From Enterobacter phage EC152: a stretch of DNA of 64,000 nucleotides. This document shows, piece after piece, positions 42,941 through 53,132 of the stretch; positions within the stretch are counted from its first letter, which is position 1, and each line of letters starts with the position of its first letter. The position numbers and the translations under genes are program-made. The stretch is taken from sequence record PP681140.1; one strand, 5' to 3'. The notes beneath the pieces were generated by a model that saw only the letters and a list, made by a program, of their open reading frames with translations, had not been told where the DNA came from and did not search any database.

Positions 42941-43570
42941 ATGATGAAATACACAAGTATTGCTGACCTTCCTGCATCGGTATCTGATCTGTCTCTCGTT
43001 CAGAAGAGCAAGGTACTGAATATTGCAAATGGCCTGATTGCTTCAGGCCAATCTCCTGAAGCCGCTATCGAGAAGGCTTCCAAAGACGTTCTAAACGTGA
43101 ACGTTAAAACTGAAATCAACAAGTCAACCTCTGTTGTAAGCGTCCAGAAAGATGCTGGAGAGCAGATGATTTCCTACGAAGTCATTTACGAACCAGACGC
43201 TAAAGATGCTCACGGCGAATGGATGTCTGCTGAGACAATTGCCAAAGCCAAGCAGTCTTTTGATAAGGCACACGAAGCTGGCATTGTTAAAGAGAACCTC
43301 TTCCACATGATTGAGACTGACTCTTTCACAATCGAGAAGACTTGGATTCAGGAAGAATTTGATGTGGTGGTTATCGGGACCGAGCAGGTAATTAAAGCTG
43401 GCACCTGGGTAGCTAAAGTTAAATATAACGACCCTGTTCTCTGGGACCTCAAAAAGTCTAACGTTGTGGGTGGTCTAAGCATTCAATGCTCCGGCTCCAT
43501 CAACAAAGAAACAGGTGAGATCAGCAACGTTGATTTCGGTGTCGAATATGTTGAGGAAGATGGCGAATGA
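42941..43570 (+). CDS. head morphogenesis protein (protease/assembly, function unclear)
   Basis: Position between the portal and scaffold genes. 209 aa. Confidence 0.35.
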   Translation: MMKYTSIADLPASVSDLSLVQKSKVLNIANGLIASGQSPEAAIEKASKDVLNVNVKTEINKSTSVVSVQKDAGEQMISYEVIYEPDAKDAHGEWMSAETIAKAKQSFDKAHEAGIVKENLFHMIETDSFTIEKTWIQEEFDVVVIGTEQVIKAGTWVAKVKYNDPVLWDLKKSNVVGGLSIQCSGSINKETGEISNVDFGVEYVEEDGE

Positions 43571-44568
43571 CAATTGCTAAAGCCAAAGCCATTAAAGAGA
43601 AGGGTATCGCACTCTGCCACGAGAGTCAAGGATTTTCTGCAAACCTGCGACCAGTGTCACTTCTGATGAAGTCTGACCTGCAACCAGAACAGATTACCGA
43701 AGACGTTATCAAGGCATTGCAGCAAGTTACTGTCTCTATGAGCTTTGAAGAATTCCTGCGTAGATTCTTCTATATGTGGAGTGATGACGCGGAACTGCTT
43801 ACCAAGCTGCTGGGCTTTGAAACTGAACTTGAAAACGAAGCTGCTGAAAATCCTGACGATGAATGGGTCCAAGCATGGAACGCTCAACACCAGGAATGGC
43901 TTGAAGAACGTATGGAGTCCATCTCCATTGCTAAAGCTGCAAACAGCGGTGAACAAATCGACCTTGTTAAACAGTACGAACTGCTGAAGCTTCAGCAACT
44001 GTTTGAAAAAGGCGTAAGCGAATTAGGTCTGACCTTCACAGAAGGTGAGTCCAAAGATCTCCAGGTAACTGGGGTCGTCAAAGAAGCAGGTACTGACCCT
44101 GTAATTGATACATCCAAAGAAAATAAGGAGACCTCAGTGTCCGATAATGTTACTGATGTAACCAAGTCTCAAGAATACCTTGACCTGGTTAAGCAACTGG
44201 AAGATGCCAAAGCGAAAGCTGCTGCTGCTGATGAAATTATCAAGGCTGCGGAGCAAGTAGAAAAGAATGCTGCTCTGACTAAAGCGAAAGGTTTCACCTT
44301 TGCTGCTGAAGCTGACCACGCATCACTGGCTGATTTCATCATCGAAAAAGCTAATGCCCCGGTAGTAGCTCTTCTGGAAAAAGCTCAGGCTCGTATTAGC
44401 GAACTGGAAACAGAAGTTGAAACCGTGAAGAAAGAATTCAGCACTGCTGAACACGGATCTGGTGCTGAAGCGCCTGTTGATGACATCAACAAGTCTGCTG
44501 AAGACATTCTGAAAGCAAACATCGAGAAAGCGAAAGCTCGCGCTCGTGAAGCTGCACAAAACGCCTAA
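43567..44568 (+). CDS. scaffolding protein (putative)
   Basis: Acidic, alpha-helical coiled-coil. ATGA coupling. Confidence 0.5.
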   Translation: MTIAKAKAIKEKGIALCHESQGFSANLRPVSLLMKSDLQPEQITEDVIKALQQVTVSMSFEEFLRRFFYMWSDDAELLTKLLGFETELENEAAENPDDEWVQAWNAQHQEWLEERMESISIAKAANSGEQIDLVKQYELLKLQQLFEKGVSELGLTFTEGESKDLQVTGVVKEAGTDPVIDTSKENKETSVSDNVTDVTKSQEYLDLVKQLEDAKAKAAAADEIIKAAEQVEKNAALTKAKGFTFAAEADHASLADFIIEKANAPVVALLEKAQARISELETEVETVKKEFSTAEHGSGAEAPVDDINKSAEDILKANIEKAKARAREAAQNA

Positions 44569-44588
44569 TATCGAGGAGATTTAAATAA

Positions 44589-45008
44589 ATGGCTAATCCA
44601 ATCCAAGGGTACTACTCTGACATCGTTCTGGGTAAAGTGGACTCTTCTGACCAGGGCTACAGCTTCCTGGAAATGGAAATCACCTACAGCGCTGGCCTGA
44701 AGGCTGGTATGATCGTTAAGGCAGACGGTACTCTTGCCGCTACTGCTGACGCTGCAAGCGCTTTTGGTGTGATCACTGACCGTGACCTCGTTCCTGCGTA
44801 TGACGCTCCGCGTCCTTTCGTTGTAGGACAGAAGTATAACTTCGTCGTGGCTGTTCGTGGTCTGACCCTGAACAAATTCAAACTGTTTTTCGCTGACGGT
44901 ACTACTGCAATCAACGCTGCCGCTATCGCTGCTCTTGAGGCCAAAGGTCTGAAGATCACTGATAAATATTACGACGGTTCCGTTGAGATCCCAGTAACGT
45001 CTATCTAA
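44589..45008 (+). CDS. head decoration/accessory protein (putative)
   Basis: 139-aa Ala-rich product immediately upstream of the capsid gene. Confidence 0.35.
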   Translation: MANPIQGYYSDIVLGKVDSSDQGYSFLEMEITYSAGLKAGMIVKADGTLAATADAASAFGVITDRDLVPAYDAPRPFVVGQKYNFVVAVRGLTLNKFKLFFADGTTAINAAAIAALEAKGLKITDKYYDGSVEIPVTSI

Positions 45009-45029
45009 TCTACACCAAGGAGAATAACA

Positions 45030-46043
45030 ATGGCAGTAGTACGCACTAATGACTTCCAGATCGTCGATCTCGGCGCTACTCTGGAAATCGTACCACGTCA
45101 GTACCGTCTGATCACCAACATGGACCTGTTCACAGCGTACCACGGTGTAACGACTGTCGCTCAGATCGAACGTGTTGATGAAGTTGTAACTGACTTCCCG
45201 GCTCGTCGTCGTCAGGGTGAACGTAACTACGTTGGTACTGAAAAGGCCCAACTGAAAAACTTCAACATTCCGTTCTTCCCACTGGATCGTCAGATCACAG
45301 CGGCAGACGTGCAGAACTTCCGTAAGTATTTTACTGCTGACGCTCCGAAGTCTGTAGAAGATGTTGTTGCTCGTGTGGTTCGTCGTATCCGCATCTCTCA
45401 TGAACAACTGAAAGAAAAAGCAATGCTTCAGGCGATCATGGGTAAATCCTGGGCACCACAGGACCCAACCGCTCAGTACAACTACTTCACCGAGTGGGGT
45501 GTTACTCAGCACACAGCTAACATCGACTTCACCGATGTAGCAACCGATCCAACTGACATCATCGAAGCTGACGCTCGTGCGTACATCATCGACAATGCTG
45601 GTGACAACGGTAACAACTACGGTATCGTAGTTCTGGCTTCTCGTAAGTGGTTCTCAGCGCTGATCGCTCACCCGCTGGTAATGAACGCTTACCAATACTA
45701 CTCTTCTACTCAAGAGCCGCTTCGTCGTCGTCTGGGTCAAGGGCAGGAAAACGCCAACAACCGTATGTTTGTTCACAAGAACGTAACTTACATCGAGGAT
45801 ATCTCCAACTACATCCCTGATGGTGAAGCTTACATTCTGCCGCAAGGAATCGACGACATGTTCCAGATTCACTATGCACCAGCAGATGACGTTCGTGAAG
45901 CGAACACTCCTGCACAAGAACTGTACCTGTGGTACAAATCTTCTGCATACCTGCGTGAAGAAAAGGTTGAGTCCGAAACTTCCTTCCTGACTGTTAACAC
46001 CCGTCCGGAACTGGTTGTTCGCTCTACTGGTACTTTCGCATAA
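45030..46043 (+). CDS. major capsid protein (putative)
   Basis: 337 aa, strong AAGGAGAAT RBS, followed by a strong terminator. Confidence 0.6.
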   Translation: MAVVRTNDFQIVDLGATLEIVPRQYRLITNMDLFTAYHGVTTVAQIERVDEVVTDFPARRRQGERNYVGTEKAQLKNFNIPFFPLDRQITAADVQNFRKYFTADAPKSVEDVVARVVRRIRISHEQLKEKAMLQAIMGKSWAPQDPTAQYNYFTEWGVTQHTANIDFTDVATDPTDIIEADARAYIIDNAGDNGNNYGIVVLASRKWFSALIAHPLVMNAYQYYSSTQEPLRRRLGQGQENANNRMFVHKNVTYIEDISNYIPDGEAYILPQGIDDMFQIHYAPADDVREANTPAQELYLWYKSSAYLREEKVESETSFLTVNTRPELVVRSTGTFA

Positions 46044-46065
46044 GATAGCGTAACTGCTACCTCTA

Positions 46066-46100
46066 AGAGGGGGAGGTGATTATTCACCTCTCCCTTTTTC
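46066..46100 (+). terminator. rho-independent terminator
   Basis: GAGGGGGAGGTGAttatTCACCTCTCCCTTTTTCTTTTTT. Confidence 0.7.
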
Positions 46101-46177
46101 TTTTTTCGTCCCCTTAATAATAGCCACTTCATCACTGGTGTCAAGTGGTTTTTACTAAGGTAACCAATGGAGATTTT

Positions 46178-46702
46178 ATGGCTAATCAAAACTATCGTAT
46201 TTTCCCGAACAAAGTAGAACTGTTCAAATTCTTCGGCACTTATGCTCCTGAACTGAATGTTGGTGTTTCCGCACGTCTTCCACTGAACGGATTCTGTGTT
46301 GGAAAAGAGCACAAGGCTTTCCGCAACTCCGTTGACTTCTTCAAGGCTCTTGCAGAGATCTCTGGTCTGGATGTAGATACTGAACATTCAACACTGCGTA
46401 TGGGTACGTACATCGTATTTTTCAACAGCGCTCTTCCAAACCCTAACCGTCGCGGTAAGGCAGTTGAAGCTACTGTGGCTCCGAAGGTTGATGCTCCGGT
46501 AGTCGAGGTTAAATCTGCAAGTTATGAAGCAATTCTGACAGAAGCAGAAGCCCTCAATGATGAAGCTGACAAGAAAGGTAGCAAAGATAAACTTGCTGAC
46601 CTGGCAGCAACCAAAGGCATCACCCTTGCGAAAAACAAATCTTTCGAAAACATGATGGCTGACTTCAAGGCTGCTCTTGAAGAACTAGAGCCTGCAAAAT
46701 AA
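46178..46702 (+). CDS. hypothetical structural protein
   Basis: ATG at 46178 after GGAG. The track ORF begins at an upstream GTG. Confidence 0.45.
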   Translation: MANQNYRIFPNKVELFKFFGTYAPELNVGVSARLPLNGFCVGKEHKAFRNSVDFFKALAEISGLDVDTEHSTLRMGTYIVFFNSALPNPNRRGKAVEATVAPKVDAPVVEVKSASYEAILTEAEALNDEADKKGSKDKLADLAATKGITLAKNKSFENMMADFKAALEELEPAK

Positions 46703-46711
46703 GGGGTAAAA

Positions 46712-49333
46712 ATGGCAGATTACAATGATAAGGTCGTTAACGCCGAACTGATCCTCCCAGAGGGCGGTGCGGGGGAGACCTTTGTTGATGATGGTCAATT
46801 CCACACGGAAGACACGACCACCGTCACACTTCTCGGTAATGGTACATCCACTACCCCACTGAAGGCAACTGTTATTGTAGATCCTGCTTCCGGAAACGCA
46901 CTTGTAGCTGGCGCTGACGGTCTTTCCGTTGGTGTCAGTGCAATCAGTGACAACCTGCTTGTATTAGCGGGTGGAAAGCTGTATGTTGCTCCTCCTCAGA
47001 TCGTCATCCCGATTTCTACTAAGACTGGAAACACTCTCGTAGAAGTCACCGACCCAGGTGAAGAGGGGCTATATGTCCCACCTGGTGAAAAGGGCGATAA
47101 AGGTGACCAAGGGCCGCAAGGTGAACCGGGTGTCGGTATTTACATCCAAGGTATCGTTGGAGACCCATCCCAACTACCACCTGCATCAACAATGCAGGAA
47201 GGCGATACATATGTTATTGGAACACACTACTGGACTGTTGTAAACCAGCAATGGGTTGACCTTGGAGACTTCGCTGGTCCACAGGGTCAGGATGGTATCG
47301 GTCTGGTAATCAAAGGATCTTTCACCGACACTGCATTCCTTCCACAAGAAGGGAACACCGAAGGTGATACTTACATCATCCAGGAACAGATGTGGGTTTG
47401 GACCGGAGATGAAGATGGTTGGCAACCAGTAGGGCAAGTTGGACCAACTGGTCCACAGGGTGCCACTGGTGCTACAGGTCCACAAGGACCTAAAGGTGAT
47501 AAGGGTGACAAGGGGGATAAGGGAGACCAAGGTCCTCAAGGCATCCAAGGTCTTACCGGAGCACAAGGTCCAAAGGGAGACAAAGGCGACAAAGGTAACG
47601 ATGCTGCCATTGTTAAACTGAAAGGGACCAAGGCTACTGAAGCTGATCTTCCGTCCTTTGGTAACGCTGTCGCAGATGCTTGGGTTGTACAGGAAAACAA
47701 CCACGTATGGGTTTGGACATCAGATGGTGCTTGGGAAGATATTGGCCCTGTACAGGGTCCGAAGGGAGACCAAGGCGATGTCGGTCCTCAAGGTCCACAG
47801 GGACAGAAAGGCGATCAAGGACCAATCGGTCCAGATGGTGCCACTGGTCCGGCAGGTGCAGACGGCCCTCAAGGTATTCAGGGGCCAATCGGTCCAAAAG
47901 GCGATAAAGGGGACACAGGTCTAACTGGTCCGGTAGGCCCTCAAGGTCCAGTAGGTCCTAAAGGAGACCGTGGTGAAACTGGTTATGGTGCTCGTGTTCT
48001 GGGTACGAAAGGTTCAACAACCGATCTTCCGGCAACAGGAACACCGGGTGATGCGTGGATCATTGTACCAAACCTCTACGTCTGGAGTCAATCTGATGCT
48101 CAATGGATCAACGTAGGTCCTTATGTTGGACCAAAGGGCGATAAAGGAGACACCGGGGATGTCGGCGCAACAGGCCCTAAAGGGGATACTGGTGCTGATG
48201 GACCTCAAGGTCCTAAAGGAGACACTGGTGCAACTGGCCCAGCAGGTGCTGATGGAGCACAGGGTCCAGAAGGTCCTATGGGTGTCGCTCTTGTTCCAAA
48301 AGGTACTGTCGCTAACGAAGCGGCTCTTCCATCAGGTGCGTCACACGGGGATTATTACACAACTGAGGACACCGGGGAAGGCTTTGCTTTTGATGGTTCA
48401 GACTGGATTAATCTTGGTGTTATGAGAGGTCCTCAAGGGGATCAAGGCCCACAAGGGCTACAGGGAGATACGGGACCTCAAGGTCCGAAGGGTGATACAG
48501 GGCTTACAGGACCAACAGGACCGCAAGGCCCTCAAGGTGAAATGGGTCCTGGTGTAGAGATCATCGGCAAACTGGACAACAGTTCTGAACTTCCTTCTAC
48601 TGGTACGCTGGGTCAGGGTTACTTGATCAATGGTGATTTCTGGGGATGGACAGGAACAACCTACGAAAACCTTGGACCTATTCAAGGTCCTCAAGGGGAG
48701 GTTGGTCCAACAGGACCGACTGGTCCACAGGGTAGTCAAGGGATTCAGGGTGTTAAAGGTGACCAAGGTACTCTTTGGTTAAACTTTGCACGCAACCCAG
48801 GTCCTGCTGATGGTCGAGTTGGGGATTACTTCATTAACAAATCCACACTTGAATATTTCCAGAAAACCTCCGCTACGGTATGGGCTTCTCTCGGATATAT
48901 GGGTGGTGGTAACGTTTATGATACCTCCTCTACCACACCACAAGCCCGTACAAGTTCAGGTTGGGTAAACGTACCAGTTCTTGAAGCACCTACTGACAGT
49001 GGTTATTATGTTCGTGTAAACAGTGCATGGAAGAAGCTTGATCGTTACGACCTTCTTGTGACTTCTACAACTGGGGCAATGGACGTTAGCGTGTCACAAG
49101 TCTTCAAGGTTGATGGTACTGCGAACAAGACCATGAGCTTCACAAACCTCCCTGCTAACCGAGCGATGACAATCGTGATCGTGTTCACGGGTTCCGGTGC
49201 GTCCCTGACGTGGCCTGGAAACCTAGCATGGTCAAACGGTACGTCAGTGACTCTTGGAACAACCCGTACAGTGGTTACTATCCTTTGGGATGGTACAAAC
49301 CTGACAGGTACTACGTCCTTAACGGTTAACTGA
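46712..49333 (+). CDS. collagen-like repeat fibre protein (873 aa)
   Basis: Extended Gly-X-Y tracts (GPQGEPG..., [16 protein letters not shown]...) with non-collagenous N- and C-terminal domains. Confidence 0.8.
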   Translation: MADYNDKVVNAELILPEGGAGETFVDDGQFHTEDTTTVTLLGNGTSTTPLKATVIVDPASGNALVAGADGLSVGVSAISDNLLVLAGGKLYVAPPQIVIPISTKTGNTLVEVTDPGEEGLYVPPGEKGDKGDQGPQGEPGVGIYIQGIVGDPSQLPPASTMQEGDTYVIGTHYWTVVNQQWVDLGDFAGPQGQDGIGLVIKGSFTDTAFLPQEGNTEGDTYIIQEQMWVWTGDEDGWQPVGQVGPTGPQGATGATGPQGPKGDKGDKGDKGDQGPQGIQGLTGAQGPKGDKGDKGNDAAIVKLKGTKATEADLPSFGNAVADAWVVQENNHVWVWTSDGAWEDIGPVQGPKGDQGDVGPQGPQGQKGDQGPIGPDGATGPAGADGPQGIQGPIGPKGDKGDTGLTGPVGPQGPVGPKGDRGETGYGARVLGTKGSTTDLPATGTPGDAWIIVPNLYVWSQSDAQWINVGPYVGPKGDKGDTGDVGATGPKGDTGADGPQGPKGDTGATGPAGADGAQGPEGPMGVALVPKGTVANEAALPSGASHGDYYTTEDTGEGFAFDGSDWINLGVMRGPQGDQGPQGLQGDTGPQGPKGDTGLTGPTGPQGPQGEMGPGVEIIGKLDNSSELPSTGTLGQGYLINGDFWGWTGTTYENLGPIQGPQGEVGPTGPTGPQGSQGIQGVKGDQGTLWLNFARNPGPADGRVGDYFINKSTLEYFQKTSATVWASLGYMGGGNVYDTSSTTPQARTSSGWVNVPVLEAPTDSGYYVRVNSAWKKLDRYDLLVTSTTGAMDVSVSQVFKVDGTANKTMSFTNLPANRAMTIVIVFTGSGASLTWPGNLAWSNGTSVTLGTTRTVVTILWDGTNLTGTTSLTVN
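47080..48780 (+). repeat. interrupted collagen-like GXY triplet repeats (coding)
   Basis: Runs of GGT/GGA-NNN-NNN codons encoding GP(Q/K)G(D/E)xG. Confidence 0.8.
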
Positions 49334-49337
49334 CAAA

Positions 49338-49356
49338 AGGGGCTTCGGCCCCTTCT
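49338..49356 (+). terminator. GGGGCTTCGGCCCC hairpin
   Basis: A perfect tetraloop hairpin after the collagen-like gene. Confidence 0.5.
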
Positions 49357-49368
49357 AAAGGAGAAAAA

Positions 49369-50013
49369 ATGGTAGTATATTCCTACACACCAATGATCAG
49401 GTCTTCTGATGGAAAATACCCGGTATACCTTACTGATTTCAGGGCCGACAACCCTAACGTCAGTATTGGGACTTGGGTGTACTCAGAGAACATTGCGGAG
49501 TTTGGATATTTTCCGGTTATCCCTGTGACACCGCCTACGGGTGATGTTGTCCTGGAAGGACCACCTGAATTTAACGACCAAACCCAGCAGTGGGAACAGA
49601 CATGGACATCTCGTGATTTCTCACCTGAAGAGATTGCTGCTAACCTTGAAGCTGCAAAGCAAAATAGAAAAGCAGAGGCACAAAACGTTCTCTCTCGTGA
49701 TGTTGAGTTAGGCATCCCTTATCCGGTAGGTAATGTTGAGTACAAAGTCAGAGTGAAAAGCTTTGACCTCGCAACTCTCCTTACAATCAAATCGGTACTT
49801 GATTCAGATGGTGATCAAAGTTCTGAGGTGTATCCTTTCAGATTCCTTGATGGTTATAAATCAGACTTTACACACGCTGAAATGAAAGACTTGGTACTCC
49901 AGGTTTCTCGTGCTCAGTATAATCTGATGAAGTCTTACTGGTCATACCTTGATCAGGTGGAGCAAGCCTCCACAATTCAAAACATTCCCGCAGTTCCTGA
50001 ATCATTCCTATAA
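49369..50013 (+). CDS. hypothetical structural protein
   Basis: AAAGGAG RBS. 214 aa. Confidence 0.5.
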   Translation: MVVYSYTPMIRSSDGKYPVYLTDFRADNPNVSIGTWVYSENIAEFGYFPVIPVTPPTGDVVLEGPPEFNDQTQQWEQTWTSRDFSPEEIAANLEAAKQNRKAEAQNVLSRDVELGIPYPVGNVEYKVRVKSFDLATLLTIKSVLDSDGDQSSEVYPFRFLDGYKSDFTHAEMKDLVLQVSRAQYNLMKSYWSYLDQVEQASTIQNIPAVPESFL

Positions 50014-50026
50014 GGAGAAATAAAAT

Positions 50027-50416
50027 ATGGCAACTTCTGGTGTAGCTGGTCTGCTTTATGCAACTAAACTCATCGACCTCGGTACTGGACAATCAATCAG
50101 CGTTGCTGATATTATCTCCGGATCTGGTGGCGGTGGTTCAGTGGCTTGGGCCGATATCACAGGTAAGCCCGCGACGTTCCCGCCTGTAATTGGCACAACT
50201 GCAACCACAGCAAAAGCTGGTGACTATGTTCCAGCATGGTCTGAAATCACTTCCAAACCAACAACTTTCGCTCCAGTACCTGCTACTGCTTCTGTAGTTG
50301 GTGGTGTGAAGGCTGCTGCAACTCAGGCTGCTTCTACAGCAACTGATGTGGCTGGACTAGTGACAGACTTTAACGCACTGCTGACCAAACTTAAAGCCGC
50401 TGGTATCATGCTTTAA
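50027..50416 (+). CDS. small protein with tandem phage tail-fibre repeats
   Basis: WADITGKPATFPPV and WSEITSKPTTFAPV match the W..I..KP.TF.P repeat. Confidence 0.5.
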   Translation: MATSGVAGLLYATKLIDLGTGQSISVADIISGSGGGGSVAWADITGKPATFPPVIGTTATTAKAGDYVPAWSEITSKPTTFAPVPATASVVGGVKAAATQAASTATDVAGLVTDFNALLTKLKAAGIML

Positions 50417-50421
50417 TATAC

Positions 50422-50445
50422 AGGCCCTTCGGGGCCTTTTATTTT
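50422..50445. terminator. bidirectional hairpin AGGCCCttcgGGGCCT plus T-tract
   Basis: Lies between the convergent genes 50027..50416 (+) and 50439..50843 (-). Confidence 0.6.
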
Positions 50446-50843
50446 AAGAGTGGTTTAACACCCGCTTCCATGTTCACGTTTACCATTGGCTCTTTACCAT
50501 CTTTATAATATGTGCAGATGTATGCCCCTTTAAAACCTTGGGTTCCATACAGGATTGCAACATCATTCAGATATTGATATCCTTCAGTTTGTTCCGTGAT
50601 CTCATTCATCTCCCCAGTCTGCACTACGGATACGCCGGGTTTGAATGCCTTACGAAATGCTTGATCACAAGATAGACGTACAAGTCGATGAATGCTCGCT
50701 GTCTTTTCTTCTTTCGATAACCAGCTTGTCTCAATAGACCGCAGGTTGTCCTGATCTGGGTGCTTCATGATATAGGTGGTAGTGACCAAAGCTGCAACAA
50801 CAGCACCAACAACTAATGCAACAATCCCCTTAGTATTCTTCAT
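50439..50843 (-). CDS. membrane-anchored protein encoded antisense to the late operon (moron-like)
   Basis: N-terminal TM segment IVALVVGAVVAALVTTTYI. AGGAGAACATT RBS. Its own promoter lies at 50876-50903. Confidence 0.55.
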   Translation of the reverse strand: MKNTKGIVALVVGAVVAALVTTTYIMKHPDQDNLRSIETSWLSKEEKTASIHRLVRLSCDQAFRKAFKPGVSVVQTGEMNEITEQTEGYQYLNDVAILYGTQGFKGAYICTYYKDGKEPMVNVNMEAGVKPLLK

Positions 50844-50875
50844 AAAATGTTCTCCTGTATTCGTTAATTACCATT

Positions 50876-50903
50876 ACGATAACACATTAGATCAGTCTGT
50901 CAA
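50876..50903 (-). promoter_or_regulatory. leftward promoter TTGACA-N16-TATCGT for the moron gene
   Basis: Reverse complement reads TTGACAgactgatctaatgtgtTATCGT. Confidence 0.4.
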
Positions 50904-50912
50904 GCGTTTTTA

Positions 50913-50941
50913 ATGACAAATAGAATCTTTTATGATAAGAT
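50913..50941 (+). promoter_or_regulatory. rightward promoter ATGACA-N17-TAAGAT (TG extended)
   Basis: ATGACAaatagaatcttttatgaTAAGAT. Confidence 0.45.
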
Positions 50942-50977
50942 ATTGATTAATAGAAGAGCAATCCAACAGGAGCGAAA

Positions 50978-51496
50978 ATGACAGACCAAGAAATTATTGA
51001 TTATATTCGACTGCTCCTTGGGTCAATTCCTCCAGAGGTCTTGCCTGATGAAACCATTTTGGCATTCCTTGCAATCGAAAAGGTAAAGGCTAACTGGCCT
51101 AATCCTGATTCAACCCCTTGCGACATGTGGCGTGTTATTTACAACACAATGATTGATGTCGTTCGTTGGTTAATCCTGCAAGAAGTTAACTCTGGTGAAG
51201 CATCTATCACAGAACGTCTGGAAAAAATCGGTGACGAGACTATCCAGGTCAAAGGTGGCTCCACATACCAGAACTGGAAAGACTTCCTTGACTGGTTGCA
51301 GGCAAACCCCGATTATGTGAATGATTGCCTCAGCGCGGTATCAAGTTTAGTCATTGTTGGCGGTGTACGTCAAGATGAATATCTTCGCGTCAAAAGGAAT
51401 CCAAACTCAAGAGGTCCTTTCGATGTAGCAGGCATTGTACCCCAGACTGGTGTACCGGGAATCCCTCGCAGATACCCTCACCGCTGGCCTCGTTAA
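50978..51496 (+). CDS. hypothetical structural protein
   Basis: 172 aa. Confidence 0.45.
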   Translation: MTDQEIIDYIRLLLGSIPPEVLPDETILAFLAIEKVKANWPNPDSTPCDMWRVIYNTMIDVVRWLILQEVNSGEASITERLEKIGDETIQVKGGSTYQNWKDFLDWLQANPDYVNDCLSAVSSLVIVGGVRQDEYLRVKRNPNSRGPFDVAGIVPQTGVPGIPRRYPHRWPR

Positions 51497-51514
51497 TTAT
51501 CCTTCGCTTGATCG

Positions 51515-51543
51515 TTGATTTTGCTAAGATAATGTGGTAAAAT
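51515..51543 (+). promoter_or_regulatory. promoter TTGATT-N17-TAAAAT (alternative TGcTAAGAT -10)
   Basis: ttgattttgctaagataatgtggtaaaat. Confidence 0.35.
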
Positions 51544-51561
51544 ACCTAAACGGATGTGGCT

Positions 51562-52038
51562 ATGAGACCAAAATTCACAAGTAAGCAAGATCTGAGCCAG
51601 TTAGAGAACTTCTTCAAAGCTACCAAAATGCTTGATTATCGTCAAGTATCATACGGTTACTATGATGACCCTCACTACTCAGGTCTTAATACTGCGACTC
51701 TCGCAGCGATTCACCAAGAGGGCTGGAACGGGCTACCTGCTCGTACTTTCATGACCAGCGCCGCAGTTGCCTTCAATAAGGAACTGAACAAGCTACAAAA
51801 AGATCTGTTTGCATATCTCGCAATGGGCGGTCAGAACCTGACACCAATCCTTAACAGGATCGGTAAAGCCGGGGCGAGAAAAATCCAATTCGTGATCGAC
51901 ACCGGACTTTTCCCTCATAACACAGTATCTGATGCCTGGGCTGATGTCAAGGGATTCAAAGAGGCAATGTTCCATTATGGAGACCTCAAAGAGTCCACAA
52001 CATTCAGAATTTCAAAAGGTAAAGATTCGGGGGTATAA
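51562..52038 (+). CDS. hypothetical structural protein
   Basis: ATG at 51562. The track begins at a GTG at 51556. Confidence 0.45.
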   Translation: MRPKFTSKQDLSQLENFFKATKMLDYRQVSYGYYDDPHYSGLNTATLAAIHQEGWNGLPARTFMTSAAVAFNKELNKLQKDLFAYLAMGGQNLTPILNRIGKAGARKIQFVIDTGLFPHNTVSDAWADVKGFKEAMFHYGDLKESTTFRISKGKDSGV

Positions 52039-52472
52039 TGGCAGGTTACAGACTTATTGGCAGAAACAAACTGATCCCTCGCCCAACGTTTGTTGGACGA
52101 CACAGAGAATACGCCAAAGTAGATATGGATAACCCATTTGAAAACCAGGGTATTCAAATTGACTATGAAGAATTTGATGTCCTTGAGTGCGTTGTCCAAC
52201 CCCTTACAGGCAAGGCAGCAAGAGATTACACGACACAACTGATGCAGGAAGGTGGGAGACAGTATGACTCCTTCACGGTTTACTCCTCAGTTATGCTACG
52301 TGGTCCGGTAGAGGGTTCTAACGAACTTGCTGACCAAATCAAGCTAATGAATTCCCGTGGAGAAATGGTGTGGTTCACCGTGATCAAGTCTGATGCTTAT
52401 CAGACCACAGGTGTTGCACGTTTCCGAGCTTACGTAGTGTCTGTTCCTGAAGGGACAAACGGAGGAGTTTAA
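52038..52472 (+). CDS. hypothetical structural protein (head-tail connector region)
   Basis: TAATG coupling. 144 aa. Confidence 0.45.
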   Translation: MAGYRLIGRNKLIPRPTFVGRHREYAKVDMDNPFENQGIQIDYEEFDVLECVVQPLTGKAARDYTTQLMQEGGRQYDSFTVYSSVMLRGPVEGSNELADQIKLMNSRGEMVWFTVIKSDAYQTTGVARFRAYVVSVPEGTNGGV

Positions 52473-53002
52473 TGGCAGATTTCACCAATTCAGATGAGAT
52501 CTTTGATGCCCTGACAAAGACAGTCGGCTCCTTCTGTAAAGAGACCACAGGCCGAAAAGTAGTTCTTGCAGGTGAAGATGAGATCCCTAAAGTAGATGGT
52601 GAATTCATTCTTGTAGACCTTACAGCAGTTGACCAGATTGACTGGCAGGCTGATGAAGGTTTGGATGTTAACGGTAATGCAACGACTATTCACAACTATG
52701 AGGTTGTGTATACGCTCACAGCATATCGTGGAAAAGCTCCAAGCGCTCTCAGCAGGGTTTTACAGGCGATGAACTTACCATTCATTTACGATAAATATTT
52801 TCCGACCAATTCTCCTTTTGCATACTCATCCTCTTCAACGATTTCTCGTCTGAGAGTGCCTCTGAATGTGCAGAAGTTCGAAAACCGTGCTGTGGTGCTT
52901 ATTACGTTCAACGTATGCTTCATCGAAACAGACACTGGAGCTTTCGAGGACCTGGAGAAGATCAACGCTCAAATCGTTTATCACTTCCCGGCTCAAGACT
53001 AA
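52472..53002 (+). CDS. hypothetical structural protein
   Basis: GGAGGAG RBS. 176 aa. Confidence 0.45.
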   Translation: MADFTNSDEIFDALTKTVGSFCKETTGRKVVLAGEDEIPKVDGEFILVDLTAVDQIDWQADEGLDVNGNATTIHNYEVVYTLTAYRGKAPSALSRVLQAMNLPFIYDKYFPTNSPFAYSSSSTISRLRVPLNVQKFENRAVVLITFNVCFIETDTGAFEDLEKINAQIVYHFPAQD

Positions 53003-53132
53003 AGAAAACCACTCGGTTATTGATAAGCATTCGCTTATTAGTGATCGTATAAGAGGGCTTCGGCCCTCATAATACAGCACAAAGAGGTGCTGGTCAATAA
53101 CTGTATGTACAGAAATAAAGAAGAGGAAACCG

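Noticed and set aside
47080-48780. Possible CRISPR-like or tandem DNA repeat array
   Set aside because: The periodicity is the 9-nt Gly-X-Y coding repeat inside one long ORF. There are no spacers and no direct repeat units of CRISPR size.
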